Source: a virus (taxonomy: Duplodnaviria; Caudoviricetes). Taken from it: a stretch of DNA of 56,377 bases. Of the stretch, positions 1-11,317 are shown piece by piece. The notes below the pieces were generated by a model, which saw nothing but the letters and a program-made list of their open reading frames with translations, was not told the DNA's origin and searched no databases. Location: positions 1-56,377 of IMG/VR virus record IMGVR_UViG_3300042465_002016; one strand, given 5' to 3'. The translations under genes were made by a program, and so were the position numbers. Position 1 is the stretch's first letter, and each line of letters begins with the position of its first letter.

Positions 1-520
1 CACCATCAACCTTCTCAACTGACATAATGCTAGCAAATTGGTTTGCTGGACTATCAACAAGAGATAGCTCAATGAGGTCATAGTCCTTGATAATTCTAAT
101 TTGCTTTTCCATTGTATCATCATATGCGTCATCCCACTTGTTCATTCGTCCCCCGATTGAAAAACCAGTGTATGTACCATCAAGAACTTTTTCCCAAGCA
201 TCTTGGGCACCCTTAGAAATATAGGTAGAAACATATATTCCCTTATAAAACTTTTTTGATTCTGGATCAAAATATTTTTCTTCTTTAAATGAGATCATCT
301 TGCCAACAGCAGATGGTTGGTGCATTTCTCTAATGTTTCCACGAAACTTTGCAAAAGCACTCATGCTAGCTTCGGTAGTTACAATGTCCATTTGCTTGTC
401 AATATTGTCTAGAGACGCAAAACCAGAAACTAGTCTTCGTTCTTGATCTACCTTGCCAAAAGGCATTGATAGACGAACGTTGTCTCCGTCTGTAACCCAG
501 GAAGCTTTATTTATAATCAT
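1..520 (-). CDS. Prohead (capsid maturation) protease, HK97-like; runs off the window edge
   Basis: Manual translation from ATG 520: MIINKASW...RLVSGFASLDNIDKQMD...REMHQ...TGFSIGG...LIELSLVDSPAN; protease H/S motifs; directly downstream of portal. Confidence 0.85.
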   Translation of the reverse strand, partial: MIINKASWVTDGDNVRLSMPFGKVDQERRLVSGFASLDNIDKQMDIVTTEASMSAFAKFRGNIREMHQPSAVGKMISFKEEKYFDPESKKFYKGIYVSTYISKGAQDAWEKVLDGTYTGFSIGGRMNKWDDAYDDTMEKQIRIIKDYDLIELSLVDSPANQFASIMSVEKVDG

Positions 521-559
521 AGCTTATCTATTATACCAAACATTTATAAGTTTTCTCAG

Positions 560-2167
560 TTATTGAGATGATCTTCCTTCACCTTTAGGATTTCTTCCAG
601 CAATGGTTGCTGGGCCATCTGACTGGTTATTAACTCTTTCTGTATCCCGTTGGCGATTTGAATTTGCATTTGATTGAGCATCATTTGCTTGCCCTGGAGA
701 CATTACAAATGGAGTATCTCCATCTTTAGTTTGTGGGAGATCAAGAGCTTCTCTAGCCTCATTTGGCATCATAATCTGAGTCTTAACAAGACGTTCAAGA
801 ATCTGAGATTGAGCAATTTCATCTGTAAGGGTTAGCTCATTAAACTTCAATTCTAAGATGTCTGTTTTTTCTTTAATAATCTTGTTGATAATCTTTTCAA
901 GATGGTGTTGAGCTGGTCGAGAAACCTGCTCTTTAAATGTACGATCTTGAGATAGCGCTGCTGCGATTCCTGAATCAGAACCACCAAGTTTAGAGATTGG
1001 AACCTGATGAGCAATTAAAATATCATCACGATTTTGTTTTCTATATTCTTTAAATGAACCATCTTGGATGCCATTCTCAATTGGCTCCATCTTAAACTCA
1101 ACCTTATTCTGGTCTGTATCTCCAGGAAGTGGTATATACAGGGTTCTATGAGATTGAGACTTTAGTCCAGTTTGCAAAAATCTAAACATATTATCTTCTG
1201 CATCTGCACTTAACTTGGCACCCTTTAAGGTAATGATATATCTTGGTACCGCTTTGTTTTCAAAGTAATCAATGTTGTATTGTGATGCTAGCTTATCACC
1301 AATTAAAGATGGAAAAGCAGCAACAATGTCTGGTACGCCATAAAAAGTATTTAATGGTGAATATTCTTTAAGATGAATAATTTCATTTGGTCTAGTATCT
1401 ACCGTAACTGGGTTTTGATTTTTAGCCCCAAAGTTTCTAAAGTAAACAACTTGTTGGCCAATGATTTGAAGGAAGCCATCGTTTAGTCTACGCACACGAA
1501 CAGTTGTTGCTGGAATATGGCCTAGGTATCCAATGTCACCTTCGACAGTTCTTCCTACTTCAATAAAACCATTTCCTGTTGCCTGTAAGTCTGTGTAAAC
1601 CTTTTCCATAGTCTTTGTAAATGAGTCGTCATCATTTAAATTTTCTAGCCAATCACGAAGCTCAATCTTCATTCGTTCAATTCTCTTGCGAGCACGTGAA
1701 GATGCTTGCTCATCACTTGAAGTTTCAAGGCGCAAAGATGTTCTATCTGAAATATCAAAACGGTATCCAAGGCCTACAACATTTTCTACCTTAGCATCAA
1801 TAGCAGCATGATTAGCAAAAGATGTATCATAAAAGTTTGCTAGCTCATACATGTTGTATGGTGGAGTAATAATATCAAATAGGCCATATCCATTTCGGTA
1901 TACTGTTCCAGGATTAATTCCTTTTGTTCCAGTACCGTCAATTCCTGATGACTGAGCATTTGCTGAATCCAGATATGCTGGAGTCATTTCAGCAGCCTTG
2001 TTTAAAAGTCTAACAGTTCTTCTTTTAAAGTTTTGATTAATGCCACCAAGGTCTTTTAGATCATCCCATGTTTTATTAAATGGGTCTTGGGCATGGAAGA
2101 TGTTCTCTTCTTGCTCTTGTGTATTTAGTTTTGCACTAACGTAATCAGAACTATCCCTCATCACCAT
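560..2167 (-). CDS. Portal protein
   Basis: 535 aa; HIPATTVRV, NEIIH, FYGVP, YFENKAVP, AHQVP, MPNEARE motifs typical of HK97/PBSX-like portals; next to protease. Confidence 0.9.
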   Translation of the reverse strand: MVMRDSSDYVSAKLNTQEQEENIFHAQDPFNKTWDDLKDLGGINQNFKRRTVRLLNKAAEMTPAYLDSANAQSSGIDGTGTKGINPGTVYRNGYGLFDIITPPYNMYELANFYDTSFANHAAIDAKVENVVGLGYRFDISDRTSLRLETSSDEQASSRARKRIERMKIELRDWLENLNDDDSFTKTMEKVYTDLQATGNGFIEVGRTVEGDIGYLGHIPATTVRVRRLNDGFLQIIGQQVVYFRNFGAKNQNPVTVDTRPNEIIHLKEYSPLNTFYGVPDIVAAFPSLIGDKLASQYNIDYFENKAVPRYIITLKGAKLSADAEDNMFRFLQTGLKSQSHRTLYIPLPGDTDQNKVEFKMEPIENGIQDGSFKEYRKQNRDDILIAHQVPISKLGGSDSGIAAALSQDRTFKEQVSRPAQHHLEKIINKIIKEKTDILELKFNELTLTDEIAQSQILERLVKTQIMMPNEAREALDLPQTKDGDTPFVMSPGQANDAQSNANSNRQRDTERVNNQSDGPATIAGRNPKGEGRSSQ

Positions 2168-2537
2168 ACATCCTTAAAGTTTTCTGTGCTGCATCAATGG
2201 CACCAAGATCATTCAACGAAGGAATTAATCCTTGCTTCATTCTATCCTTTTGCTCTGAATATTCTTCTTCTGTTACCCTTGTCAATCCAGGAACAAAGAC
2301 TGCTGTTCCTTGACCGTCATCTCCGTAGGAAATTGCTTCTCTTTTTAGTTCTGCAATCTTAGATATATCGCCTTTTTGTGCAGGGATATTTAGTACTGAG
2401 CCTGAGCCGTCTGTAAACCATTTTCCAGTTGACTTTTTATATACATATAGTCCCCAGTCATAGTGCTTATCGATGACTTTTCTGCGTACATTGTTAACAA
2501 TCGGTTTACCAGTTTTTGGGTTTATTAATGAATCCAT
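2151..2537 (-). CDS. Hypothetical phage protein
   Basis: 128 aa ORF coupled to portal; preceded by extended -10 TGGTATACT. Confidence 0.7.
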   Translation of the reverse strand: MDSLINPKTGKPIVNNVRRKVIDKHYDWGLYVYKKSTGKWFTDGSGSVLNIPAQKGDISKIAELKREAISYGDDGQGTAVFVPGLTRVTEEEYSEQKDRMKQGLIPSLNDLGAIDAAQKTLRMYGDEG

Positions 2538-2555
2538 AACCTCAAGTATACCATA

Positions 2556-5500
2556 TTAGACTGGCAGTAGAGTACTTGTCTGCCACTCAGTATCTTTATA
2601 TATCTTAAATTTATTAGCATCAAACGTCATGCCTTCATTATCATCAATGATAATCTTATTAGTTCCAAGATAGTTTTTGTATACATCTGTTGGATTAACT
2701 CCGTACAGTTCTGAGCTTGAGACAACTAAAGTCTCTTGCCAGTCATAATTTTCACTCCAATATGACCATGCGTTGACTACCCCTTCACTGGTTTTAATCT
2801 TTAGCCAAGGTCTAGTCACAACACTTTGGATTTGTTGTAAATTGTTTGCCTGATAGAAAGATATGTTATTAAATAGTATTGGACCATTTAGATTGATTGC
2901 ACCAATATATAAACCAAAGTTTAGTGCAGATGAGAACTGTAGCCCTAACGATCCCCATTCTTTTATTGTAATGATTGGATTTTTAACTGATATACCGTTC
3001 CAGAAATACGTTAGCCCTGTATATTCTGTTCCAGTTAAGCTGCTAGTTGCGTATATCTTTGCTCTTGATCCAGATGGACTATCCGCAACCATGTAAAATT
3101 TAATTGTATCTTCTTTATATCTAATTTCAAAGATTTCAATTGGTGAAGCAGAAAAAGAATCCTGATTTGCAAACATCCAAGCCTGCATTGAGCTTACACG
3201 ATATTCATCTGATAATTCTTTATTAATTGGCATAGCAATACCACGATTTGTTTCAAACTCAAAATCTCCACGAACTTCTATTCCAGAATTTTTTGTTAAA
3301 TAAAGATATGGTGTACTTGACTTATAAATACTAAAAGGATTCTTTGACTTGTAGTCAAAATAAATTCCAGACTTCTTATAAGGAACTAAGTCAACTCCGA
3401 ACCTAGTACCTACTGAGTTAAAAGCATTATCACTAAATGCTTGAGAAGCTATCTCTAATTCTTTAATCTTGATTGGTCTATTAATAATTCCACGAACATT
3501 GAAGTCAATAGAATATACAACTGCTAGGTCGTTAAAATCTACAGACTTGCTAGGATAAATAATTGTATTATCTACAACCTCAAATTTACTGGCAGCCCAG
3601 TCTGGATAGTTATTAATATCAATAACTGATCCTTCTTTAGCTGGAACATTTATAGTAAAGTTATCATCAAGAGCATTTGCTCCATCTGCTATGTATTGAA
3701 AAGTAACATAGCTTTTAACAAAAGATTCAGATGTGTCATACTCATAATACTTTAATGCTTTTTGAGCTAAATCTTCGTAGTTATCCCAACCAGTAATAAG
3801 GCTATTATCTATCTGATAATAGGTTTGTTGAATGGGTGCTGAATAACTTTCTTTTAACTGTTCGTACGTCCAAGAAGAAGTTGTTTCTTTTTCTAAAAGT
3901 TTTGATGGAGATGGATAGCCAATATTAAACTGTAAAAAATCTAAATCATAGAAAGAAGCGCCTTGGGAATTATCAACATATTTAGCAAAATAAGATAGAG
4001 GAAGGTAATCTTCCCAGTATCCAGATACTCCAATGTCAAGGAAGAACTCATTATATGCCTCTATGGGTAATAACGTATAGCTTGCTAAATGGTTTATAAG
4101 AGCAATAGCATTTGTTTCTTCTGTTACCCCACTAACAGACAAATCATCAAAATTAACAACTCCATATTCATTAAAGTAATCTGCTATTGATTTATGGTTA
4201 AGATCTGTTGTAAAACCTAACGAGTAAATTTTACCAGAGAATGAATTAGAAGTTTGCTCATCTCCAGCAATATAAATCTTTAGGCCATTTACATTACCAA
4301 AAAATGCTGAAACATTTCCTCCAAAAACATTAGACAAATCATCTATGTCAATTCCAACTGCAAATAATTGATCTGGCTCAATTGCCTCTGTTGTATATAC
4401 TGTTTCTTCTATTCCATTATAATTTAAGACATATTCAACTATATTTCCATTAAGCCTTGTAATAAAAAAGTCATCAGTTAGTGTGTTATAAATTTTAATT
4501 AATGTTTGAACTGTTCCATCTGCAGCTGAAACTCCAGCATCATAAGACTCTAGCCAGCTTGCTGTATTGTAGTATTCTGCATCAAAAGATTCTGTTGCAG
4601 ATGTATTATAATATCCTCCATCAATTAAGATAACTCCACTACTAAATACTCCGTATATAGATTTTATCTTATCGTTTAAAATATTAAACTTTGGAAAGTT
4701 GAGATATGTTCCTAACGCATTCCATGATGAGTTTGGTCTAAATGTTAAAAACTTGTATGGCAATGCTCCAGATTCTTGATCTGTTTGTATTGCTTTACAG
4801 TCAGTATACAAATCATCTAGACTTTTAGTATCTAAAAATATATTAGGCAAACTATAAGATGGCGTAGTTAACTCTAAAGAAGTTGTTTCTAAATTGTCAA
4901 AACGTCCTTGTTGCCATTGTGCAAAACTTGGATAGTTATAGTTTGCAGTATAGTTTGAAAATGAATAATCTATAAAAGCAGAAGTTCCACCATAGGACGA
5001 GTTGATAGACTGTGCTGAAGATACGGCTTGACCATAAACCCATCTACGCTTTGCAACAGTTACAGAAACTTGGTAAGAGTATATAGCAAGGCAATCTACT
5101 TCGATTAAGCTTACGTTGTCGTACGCATAGAATCCAAGCCAGTCTTGACTTCTTAGCTCTTCATCTAACAAATCTGGTAATGATAAAGATGTAGTATCAA
5201 TAGCAATATCTATTACTTGTTCTCCATTTAACAGTACCGTTACAGAATTTTTAATTAATCTAATGTGTATGAGCATTGGTCTAAACCATTCACCAACAAA
5301 GTGAGACTTAGATTTGCCACCAATAACTAAAGTTAAAAACCCTGAGTCTACATATAGTCCATCTGTAGAAGCAATTGGTCCAAATATTCTTTTTGGATCT
5401 GGAGAGTCTGCAATTATTCTTGCCCAAAACTCTACTGTATATTCTTTGTGCTGCCCAGATTTATTTAAAAATCCTTGACCTGGAAATATCAATGAAGGTT

Positions 5501-6305
5501 TGTTTGATGTATTTGGAATAATCTTAGTTAAACCAGAGGCACCAAACACCAATGGGATACTTGTATTTTTTGCAAGAAGAGCATTATTCTTTGCCAAATA
5601 ATATGCTGTGTCGCTAGATACTCCATAGGCTGCAGCTGGAATTACAGTATCTGTTGTATCAATTGCAATTGTTGCTGGAAAAGATTCTGGTGTAACTCCC
5701 AAAGATTCTTTATGGAATTCCTCAGACCATTGTCCTGCAGTTATTCCATTAAAATAAACTTTGTAATCAGTAGATGTTGCTCCGCCTGAAGACTTTAATA
5801 TTTTTATAATTATTTTAAAGTTTGTGTTTTCGTCAGGGATCTCGAAAGTTTCTGAGATAAAATTCCATGACTGGTACCCTGTTTCTACAAATTGGCTAAA
5901 ATTTTGAACTACTTCTAAAGTAGTTGTATCTGTATATTCATACCCAATAGCAATAGAGTTAATATATAAGCTATCAACATAAAAATAAGAACTAATAGAA
6001 AATGTTCCTAATGTTGTATTAAGGTTTTGAAAGTTAGCAATATCTGGACTTAGTATGATTGATTCTCCAGATGCCCCAGCTGGAACACTGCAAGACACTA
6101 TGCTTGTAGGACTATCAGGAAATGGTTCTCCTGTAATTGCTGACCCAGAACTTAAAGTACAGCTTGTTGGAGTCCAAAGAGATACTATATTCCTTTGTGC
6201 ATCAGTAATTAAACTTACATAATCTGCTTGATCGTCTAGTGCCCAAAGTACCAGAGGGTGCTCTGAGTAAATTTTTTCTGCATATAAATTAGATGGGTTA
6301 GACAT
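2556..6305 (-). CDS. Large virion structural protein with LamG/concanavalin-like segment
   Basis: 1249 aa; beta-rich; YTVEFW...HIRLIKNSVTVLLNG LamG-like stretch; in structural module. Confidence 0.6.
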   Translation of the reverse strand: MSNPSNLYAEKIYSEHPLVLWALDDQADYVSLITDAQRNIVSLWTPTSCTLSSGSAITGEPFPDSPTSIVSCSVPAGASGESIILSPDIANFQNLNTTLGTFSISSYFYVDSLYINSIAIGYEYTDTTTLEVVQNFSQFVETGYQSWNFISETFEIPDENTNFKIIIKILKSSGGATSTDYKVYFNGITAGQWSEEFHKESLGVTPESFPATIAIDTTDTVIPAAAYGVSSDTAYYLAKNNALLAKNTSIPLVFGASGLTKIIPNTSNKPSLIFPGQGFLNKSGQHKEYTVEFWARIIADSPDPKRIFGPIASTDGLYVDSGFLTLVIGGKSKSHFVGEWFRPMLIHIRLIKNSVTVLLNGEQVIDIAIDTTSLSLPDLLDEELRSQDWLGFYAYDNVSLIEVDCLAIYSYQVSVTVAKRRWVYGQAVSSAQSINSSYGGTSAFIDYSFSNYTANYNYPSFAQWQQGRFDNLETTSLELTTPSYSLPNIFLDTKSLDDLYTDCKAIQTDQESGALPYKFLTFRPNSSWNALGTYLNFPKFNILNDKIKSIYGVFSSGVILIDGGYYNTSATESFDAEYYNTASWLESYDAGVSAADGTVQTLIKIYNTLTDDFFITRLNGNIVEYVLNYNGIEETVYTTEAIEPDQLFAVGIDIDDLSNVFGGNVSAFFGNVNGLKIYIAGDEQTSNSFSGKIYSLGFTTDLNHKSIADYFNEYGVVNFDDLSVSGVTEETNAIALINHLASYTLLPIEAYNEFFLDIGVSGYWEDYLPLSYFAKYVDNSQGASFYDLDFLQFNIGYPSPSKLLEKETTSSWTYEQLKESYSAPIQQTYYQIDNSLITGWDNYEDLAQKALKYYEYDTSESFVKSYVTFQYIADGANALDDNFTINVPAKEGSVIDINNYPDWAASKFEVVDNTIIYPSKSVDFNDLAVVYSIDFNVRGIINRPIKIKELEIASQAFSDNAFNSVGTRFGVDLVPYKKSGIYFDYKSKNPFSIYKSSTPYLYLTKNSGIEVRGDFEFETNRGIAMPINKELSDEYRVSSMQAWMFANQDSFSASPIEIFEIRYKEDTIKFYMVADSPSGSRAKIYATSSLTGTEYTGLTYFWNGISVKNPIITIKEWGSLGLQFSSALNFGLYIGAINLNGPILFNNISFYQANNLQQIQSVVTRPWLKIKTSEGVVNAWSYWSENYDWQETLVVSSSELYGVNPTDVYKNYLGTNKIIIDDNEGMTFDANKFKIYKDTEWQTSTLLPV

Positions 6306-6339
6306 ATATCTCCTACCCCTTATTATAGCAGGCTAAGGG

Positions 6340-8370
6340 TTAATAAAGTTTAATCTCACAGGCATCGGTAGAGCAATAAGACTCTCCTTCTGCCTCAAGA
6401 TTTTCAACTCCATCGTAGATAGCAGACCAGTCAATCTTACCAATTGTACCCACATAAGAGTTATATTCTTCTCTTGTTATCTCTGTATACGGTTGCTGTG
6501 GGTAAGTTTTATTTCCCATTGGAAGGAAAGAAACTGCCTTTAGCTGTCCTTCGTACATATTTAGGGCTGGTGCAACAAACTTCTTTTCTGTTTCTTTATC
6601 AAAAGAAAGAGTAACAGAAACGCCATTATCTGACCAGTACTTCTGAGCAGTTGCTGCTAAGCCAATCTTTTCAAATAGGCTAACTTCTTTTTCTGATCTT
6701 TTATGACCAGATGCTACTGGGAAATAAACTACAGATGTATTGGCTGATACTACATCGTCTTCAATTTTATATCCCGCTGCTTTAAATAAATGAAGCATTG
6801 GGTCTGTGTTACCAAAACGAATAGATCTTAGGTAGAACTCTCCACCTGGACCCCAGTGAACTCCTGGAGTTGCTCCAGATAATAACGATACAGATCCTGA
6901 TGGCTTAACTGTTGTTACACGAACAGACTCTCTAACGCATAGCCATTCTGAGTATTTGTGATCATAATGACGAATCTTTTGATACCCTTCATCCATCCAT
7001 TCACGAGTTGTTGGTAATCCATAGGTATCTGCAAAAGATGCAATTCCAGTCAGAGATGTTCCAATACGTCTATTTCTTTGCATGATACCATTTGTTTGCT
7101 GCCAATGTGTTGGCATAAGCGTAACAGTCTTTCCATAAAGATAAGCAAACTTCAATGTCTTGAGGAAGTCTTCCTTGGATTCATGACGATTTAGGTGCAC
7201 TTCTACAAGTGTACAAAGTTCGTATGACTCCAATGGCTGCTCCGCACAAGGATTGAATCCCATGATACGGGAATCTTTATAGTCTGGTACATCTGCAAGA
7301 CGACCATATTCTCTTGCAACATCTAACCAAATAAATCCTGGCTCACCATTATCGGCAATTAAATCAACATAGTCTTCATATTTAGTGCCGACAGTAGCAG
7401 AAATAGAATTATTAGACATCCATGCCCAGCCTGGTTTTTCTGGATCAAATGAATTTCTTTCAGGAAATACTTCTGGATTCTTTAAATTAATAAAACCATT
7501 ATCTTCTGGTGTTCCTAAAGCCAAGGTAGCAGAACGTCTAACATTTCCAGAAACAACACAGGTTCCAATAAGATTAACAATATCAACAATTGCACGACTA
7601 TCTAGCACTTCTCCTGCTCTAGAGCCAATGACATTACGTATGCGTATGTGTAGTTGAATTAATGGTTCTGGACCGCTAGCAACCCCACCAAAGCCTTTAA
7701 TGGCTGATCCTAGAGGACGAATAAGGTCATAGTTAAATTCTTGAATAGATTGATTTTGACGTAAAAATGAATTAATTAAAAGACGAACAGACTCAACCCA
7801 TCCTTCACGAGTATCTGGAATTTCATAGGTAGAAACTGGCTCTGTAGGGGCATAGATAGGCATTTGCTTGTCTTGTCCCAAGGTGTCAAACCCTACTCCA
7901 ATTCCTAACATTAAGGCATCCATTACCCAAGCAAAAAGGGCACCTGGATCATTACGATCAATATCACGGGTAGAAACCATCGCACAATTTTGCAGTGAGG
8001 CTGAGTTTCTTTTCTCCATAGTCATTGGAGTTCCAAAAGCCCAAAGACCTCTGCCTGGAGGTGTCCATTTTAATTCAAACATTCTTTGGAAAGCTTCTTG
8101 TGCTGACTTCTGTGACTTATTATCATTCCAAGGTAGTCTATTATCTTTAGCATGATTCTTTTGAACTGAGTACATACCCTCAATTACACGGCGACATACT
8201 TCGTGCCAACGTTCTTTTGTTCCATCTTCTTTAACACGAGAATATGTTCTGATAAAAGTAATTTCTCCTAAAGAGTTGCTACCCGCATCTGAAAATCCAA
8301 ACGGTGCTGGAGTATTACTATATTTATTTACAAAATCCTCTGATAAGCGAAACGAAAAAACATCTGACAT
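6340..8370 (-). CDS. nrdJ: Class II (adenosylcobalamin-dependent) ribonucleotide reductase
   Basis: RTYSR, PPGRGLW, SLQNC, GNVRRSA, GFNPCAEQPL, TTVKPSGSVSLL, C-terminal CSTDAC. Confidence 0.93.
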   Translation of the reverse strand: MSDVFSFRLSEDFVNKYSNTPAPFGFSDAGSNSLGEITFIRTYSRVKEDGTKERWHEVCRRVIEGMYSVQKNHAKDNRLPWNDNKSQKSAQEAFQRMFELKWTPPGRGLWAFGTPMTMEKRNSASLQNCAMVSTRDIDRNDPGALFAWVMDALMLGIGVGFDTLGQDKQMPIYAPTEPVSTYEIPDTREGWVESVRLLINSFLRQNQSIQEFNYDLIRPLGSAIKGFGGVASGPEPLIQLHIRIRNVIGSRAGEVLDSRAIVDIVNLIGTCVVSGNVRRSATLALGTPEDNGFINLKNPEVFPERNSFDPEKPGWAWMSNNSISATVGTKYEDYVDLIADNGEPGFIWLDVAREYGRLADVPDYKDSRIMGFNPCAEQPLESYELCTLVEVHLNRHESKEDFLKTLKFAYLYGKTVTLMPTHWQQTNGIMQRNRRIGTSLTGIASFADTYGLPTTREWMDEGYQKIRHYDHKYSEWLCVRESVRVTTVKPSGSVSLLSGATPGVHWGPGGEFYLRSIRFGNTDPMLHLFKAAGYKIEDDVVSANTSVVYFPVASGHKRSEKEVSLFEKIGLAATAQKYWSDNGVSVTLSFDKETEKKFVAPALNMYEGQLKAVSFLPMGNKTYPQQPYTEITREEYNSYVGTIGKIDWSAIYDGVENLEAEGESYCSTDACEIKLY

Positions 8371-8533
8371 TTAAGTATGCCACCTTTCTAATATTGGTTG
8401 AGTACTTCGTAGAATCGGAAGTAGTCCTAAGTATAGCATAGAATTAAAAACAATTCCACGCTCAGATTTAATCTATAAAGTTATTGTTTATAGTTAGTAC
8501 TTTTATATAACGAAAGTGTTATAAATAAAACAA

Positions 8534-9202
8534 CTAGTTATATTTGCTGCTGTTAATATGACAAATTTCAATTTCATTTATATTAACATGACTTGGTAAT
8601 GATCCTACCCAGTAAATAGCTTCTGCCAAATCTTCTGCGGTTAATGCTTGATCCCGTTTTTGTTCTTGGGTATCAATAGTTGCTGGACAGATTTCTGTAA
8701 TCTTGATTCCAAATTGAGGGAACTCAAGTCTCATTGTATCAATCAAACCACGCTCACCTCTTTTAGCATTTGTATAATTTCCTCCACCACGATATGGTAC
8801 TTTACCACCAAAAGATGTAACAAAGATAATGGTTGGAGATTCTGATTTTTCCATACATGGTACAAATAGTTGAGATAAATACATGGGGCCAGTAACGTTT
8901 ATGTCGTAGGCTTTTCTAAAGTTTTCTGGAGTCTCATTAATAATGTAAGTTGGACCTGATCCTCCTCCAGCATTATTAACCAAAAGATCTAGGGTAATAT
9001 CTTTGTATTTTTCAAAGAATATCTCTATTGCTTTAGAGTCTGTAATGTCTAGGCTATATACCTCAACATTATCAGATATTAGTTCGGATACTTTTGAAAG
9101 GTTTCTTGAAACAGCAATAACTTTATATCCATTTTCAGACAAACGTTTAACTGTTGCTAACCCAACACCCTTACTTGCTCCAGTTACTATAGCTGTTTTC
9201 AA
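8534..9202 (-). CDS. Short-chain dehydrogenase/reductase (SDR)
   Basis: TGASKGVG, LVNNAG, YTNAK (YxxxK). Confidence 0.92.
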   Translation of the reverse strand: MKTAIVTGASKGVGLATVKRLSENGYKVIAVSRNLSKVSELISDNVEVYSLDITDSKAIEIFFEKYKDITLDLLVNNAGGGSGPTYIINETPENFRKAYDINVTGPMYLSQLFVPCMEKSESPTIIFVTSFGGKVPYRGGGNYTNAKRGERGLIDTMRLEFPQFGIKITEICPATIDTQEQKRDQALTAEDLAEAIYWVGSLPSHVNINEIEICHINSSKYN

Positions 9203-9895
9203 CTACATGCTCTGACTGCGATTAAGTTCCATGTTGTTATGTATCCAGTGACTTGGAACCATGTATTTAAATCCCGTTTTTACAATATGAGCAGTGTGAT
9301 GATATGGTGCTGAAGAAGGAAATATAATAATGCTTCCAGCTTTAGGCTTTAGTCCAAAATCAATTTCATTCTTTGCAACAGCAACATCATAGTCAAGATC
9401 TGGAGATGGGAACTCTCCTATATTCTTATATTCTGAAAGCTTAAATGATATTTCTCCACCATCAAAATCATCGTTTAGGTACATTACCAAAGAATATCTT
9501 AGAGTCTGATCTCCATCTAGCTGATCAAAATGGGCACCCATTCCAATTCCAGCTTTGTATTTTTTAATGTTAAATACTGGAAATAGTCTTGGTTCATCAG
9601 TATCGCCAATAGAAATAGCAAAGTCTTTAGAAACATCATAAAAAGATTCCATAATTGTGTCAAATATAAAAATCATCTTAGATCTATGTGGCTCTTCCAT
9701 TGCGTTTATTTGATTCTTATCAAATGACATTGTTTTTCCATAAATAAAGTTTTTGTCATTAGATGCAGTCCAGTTTTCCCAAGGCTGTGGATTTTCTATT
9801 TTGTCTAACTCATCAATGGTTTTCATCAACTCTTGAAAGTTTTTAACACCATTTTTATAGTAGTAAACTTTTTCATGTAAAATTTCTTTATTCAT
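9203..9895 (-). CDS. 2OG-Fe(II) oxygenase, prolyl-4-hydroxylase-like
   Basis: HFD...YLNDDFDGGE...IIIFPS...YHH...K. Confidence 0.88.
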   Translation of the reverse strand: MNKEILHEKVYYYKNGVKNFQELMKTIDELDKIENPQPWENWTASNDKNFIYGKTMSFDKNQINAMEEPHRSKMIFIFDTIMESFYDVSKDFAISIGDTDEPRLFPVFNIKKYKAGIGMGAHFDQLDGDQTLRYSLVMYLNDDFDGGEISFKLSEYKNIGEFPSPDLDYDVAVAKNEIDFGLKPKAGSIIIFPSSAPYHHTAHIVKTGFKYMVPSHWIHNNMELNRSQSM

Positions 9896-9906
9896 TTGTT
9901 TCTCCC

Positions 9907-10566
9907 TTAGTATCTATTCTTCTCATAAAATCCCTTTTCCTTAATAAAACTAACAAGCACGTATCTTATGGGTCCTGCACCTACGTGCCTTACGCCATGA
10001 TTATACTCGTCATTTCCTGGAAAAAGAACTAATGACCCAGGCTTAGGTTTTAGTTCTAGTCCACTGTTTGCAAAAAACAATTCTCCATCAACATAGTCAT
10101 CATTTAAATACAAAATGGCAGCATACTTAATAGAAGGATCGGTATGCTGGTCTGTATGCGCCTTTAGCTCAACGCCTTCTTGCATTCTTTGAATAGTAGC
10201 AAAACCACTTACCTCTAATGAGTTATCTACCTTTTCAACTAAATCATTTAACCTATTAAATAATGCTCTTTGAAATGGATATTTTCCTATATTTAAATTT
10301 TTGTCTTGCCAGTTTTTAGTTATTTCAAATTTTCCTTCAGCAACTAAGTTTTCAACATCATCTCTACCAAATTTTTGCATACAAAAGTTTTTTAAGTTAG
10401 CGTTATATTCTATAAACCACTCTTCGTTTGGAGTTGATTTGATAACGTCAAAAATTTTATCTAACTCTTCTTTAGATAAGAAGTCTTTAACTATCAAAGC
10501 TTCACCATTAATTTCTTCAACCTGAAAGTTATTTTTTTCTAATATGTCTTTTAAGAAATTAGGCAT
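9907..10566 (-). CDS. 2OG-Fe(II) oxygenase, prolyl-4-hydroxylase-like
   Basis: HTD...LYLNDDYVDGEL...LFPG...HGV...R. Confidence 0.88.
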   Translation of the reverse strand: MPNFLKDILEKNNFQVEEINGEALIVKDFLSKEELDKIFDVIKSTPNEEWFIEYNANLKNFCMQKFGRDDVENLVAEGKFEITKNWQDKNLNIGKYPFQRALFNRLNDLVEKVDNSLEVSGFATIQRMQEGVELKAHTDQHTDPSIKYAAILYLNDDYVDGELFFANSGLELKPKPGSLVLFPGNDEYNHGVRHVGAGPIRYVLVSFIKEKGFYEKNRY

Positions 10567-11317
10567 TATTATCTAGATCCTCTACTTTATACTTATTTCC
10601 ATCAGCATCTAGTTTCCAACCTTGTTTTAAAAGTTCTTGCCATTCAGCTCTTTCAATTTCTTGCTGTGCTCTTGTTGCTTTCATTTCTTCTGCCCAAGCA
10701 TCTCTTAATTCCTGTGGATAGTCAGACTCTTCTCTATCGTCCCAGAAAGATCCAATAGTGTATCTTACTCCACTTTCTATTAGGGATACTTCGTGCATGT
10801 TATTAAATCCCCCGTCAAAAACGGCAAGCATTCCAACTTCTGGTTTAATCTCTATGTTTTGACTTGGAAATTTAAGCAGCCCTCCTTCAAAATCATCATT
10901 AAGATATAAAAAACCTGCATAGCGGCTTCTTGTAAATGCGCCTGATTTTCCTTCAGAGTCTGTATTGTCAGAATGTATTCTTGCGTATGCGCCAGGCTCC
11001 CACTTTTGGGTGTGATATCCAATCTTAGAGATTATTTTTGAATCAAGGTTGTGGACTGAAGCAATTGCCTCTGGCATTATTTTTTCAATGTCTGAAAAAA
11101 TAGTTGGAGATAGCCCAACCTCCAATAATTCTTTATCATTATTTTGTGGCAATACTGAAGAATATGATTCATAAAATGAAATAGGCATCCAAGAAATTAC
11201 ACCATTATTTGCCTGAGCATCTAAAGCTTGAATCATTTTTTTGCAATCTTCTCTGCTTATAAAATTTTTATAAACTACTATGTCTTTTGTTATTCTATCT
11301 TTATTGTTTAAATTCAT
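10559..11317 (-). CDS. 2OG-Fe(II) oxygenase, prolyl-4-hydroxylase-like
   Basis: HSD...LYLNDDFEGG...HEV...RY. Confidence 0.88.
   Translation of the reverse strand: MNLNNKDRITKDIVVYKNFISREDCKKMIQALDAQANNGVISWMPISFYESYSSVLPQNNDKELLEVGLSPTIFSDIEKIMPEAIASVHNLDSKIISKIGYHTQKWEPGAYARIHSDNTDSEGKSGAFTRSRYAGFLYLNDDFEGGLLKFPSQNIEIKPEVGMLAVFDGGFNNMHEVSLIESGVRYTIGSFWDDREESDYPQELRDAWAEEMKATRAQQEIERAEWQELLKQGWKLDADGNKYKVEDLDNNA

Noticed and set aside
6340-8370. Intein or intron in nrdJ
   Set aside because: Continuous 676-aa ORF of normal size with no splicing motifs.
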